Below, one piece after another: positions 63,316-64,000 of a DNA stretch of 64,000 nt. Within the stretch, counting starts at the first letter, position 1, and each line of letters opens with the position of its first letter. Below the pieces are notes generated by a model. The model searched no databases and was not told the DNA's origin. It saw nothing but the letters and a program-made list of their open reading frames with translations. Origin of the DNA: Negaprion brevirostris (lineage: Eukaryota); the NCBI GenBank assembly GCA_030324005.1, contig JARDVH010000121.1, positions 45,130,365-45,194,364 on the forward strand, given 5' to 3'. A program made the translations under genes and the position numbers.

Positions 63316-64000
63316 GAATGCTGACGCTGTAGCAGATTTAAAGAGCCACATCAAAGCCCACTTCAGCAGTAATCAAACTCCTAAGACATGATGCCATGGA
63401 GGAAGCATTCTTACTGTATTGAACAAAGATCCTCTTAGTCACCCTCTACATCTTTCCTCTTGCGACATCCATTTCTATATTTGCTTTGCAGTCTCTGTGT
63501 GAGTCATTCTGAGAATATCACCAGACTGGGTCCATTTTCTCTTTGAAGCTGCTACAAGGAGTTATGCAATCTTTACTGATTAATTACACTTTCATTAGTC
63601 ATTTTGTTAAACACTCAGATATTAACAAAGTGCTGCAGGTATCTAGACTGGATGCTGTTGAATTTCTTTTGGATGTTTTTGTTAGATTACTACATTTCTG
63701 ATCCACATGAATACACAGTCAGCACATTGTTCTTCAAAATTCTTAGCTCTGTTCTTTTTCTCCAATTGCACTAGCTTTTCGCACATGAACTGTGACATCT
63801 AACATGCAATCTCCATTATCCTACAACACACTGCCCAAATAACTGTAAAAATGTTGAGTTTGCAACACTTAACCTGCCAGGTGCAGTTCTTACTCAGAGT
63901 CTACCTTAACTTTCACAACATGAGTTTCGCACCACGAACGTATAACCTAATTTCTCAAGCTGTATCTGCACATTTGTTCATCTTCTTTCACATCTCATCC

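Overview
Eukaryotic genomic DNA from a cartilaginous fish, most likely a shark, judged from the HE1/V-SINEs and CR1-group LINE tails. The only host gene I can support is the 5' part of MYT1 (myelin transcription factor 1, C2HC zinc-finger family) on the minus strand. Eight GT-AG coding exons (14101 down to 2195, 1655 nt, reading frame and phases consistent at every junction) encode the N-terminus, ZF1, the acidic region and the ZF2-ZF3 pair; the gene continues beyond position 1. Upstream lie candidate 5'UTR exons and a repeat-poor block (about 22.7-30.6 kb) that looks regulatory. The rest is mostly decayed mobile DNA: SINEs, CR1/L2, Rex1/Babar, an L1-like relic, two-gene PIF/Harbinger relics and their MITEs, a Gypsy relic, and Penelope-type repeats carrying minimal hammerhead ribozyme motifs. 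I found no convincing new biological system. The best leads are RNA-structure elements inside the MYT1 pre-mRNA (a Penelope fold-back with a hammerhead core, a locally duplicated inverted LINE pair next to the start-codon exon, inverted SINEs around the ZF2-3 exons) and candidate neural enhancers. Repeat boundaries are approximate, and all family calls come from recognition, not from database searches.
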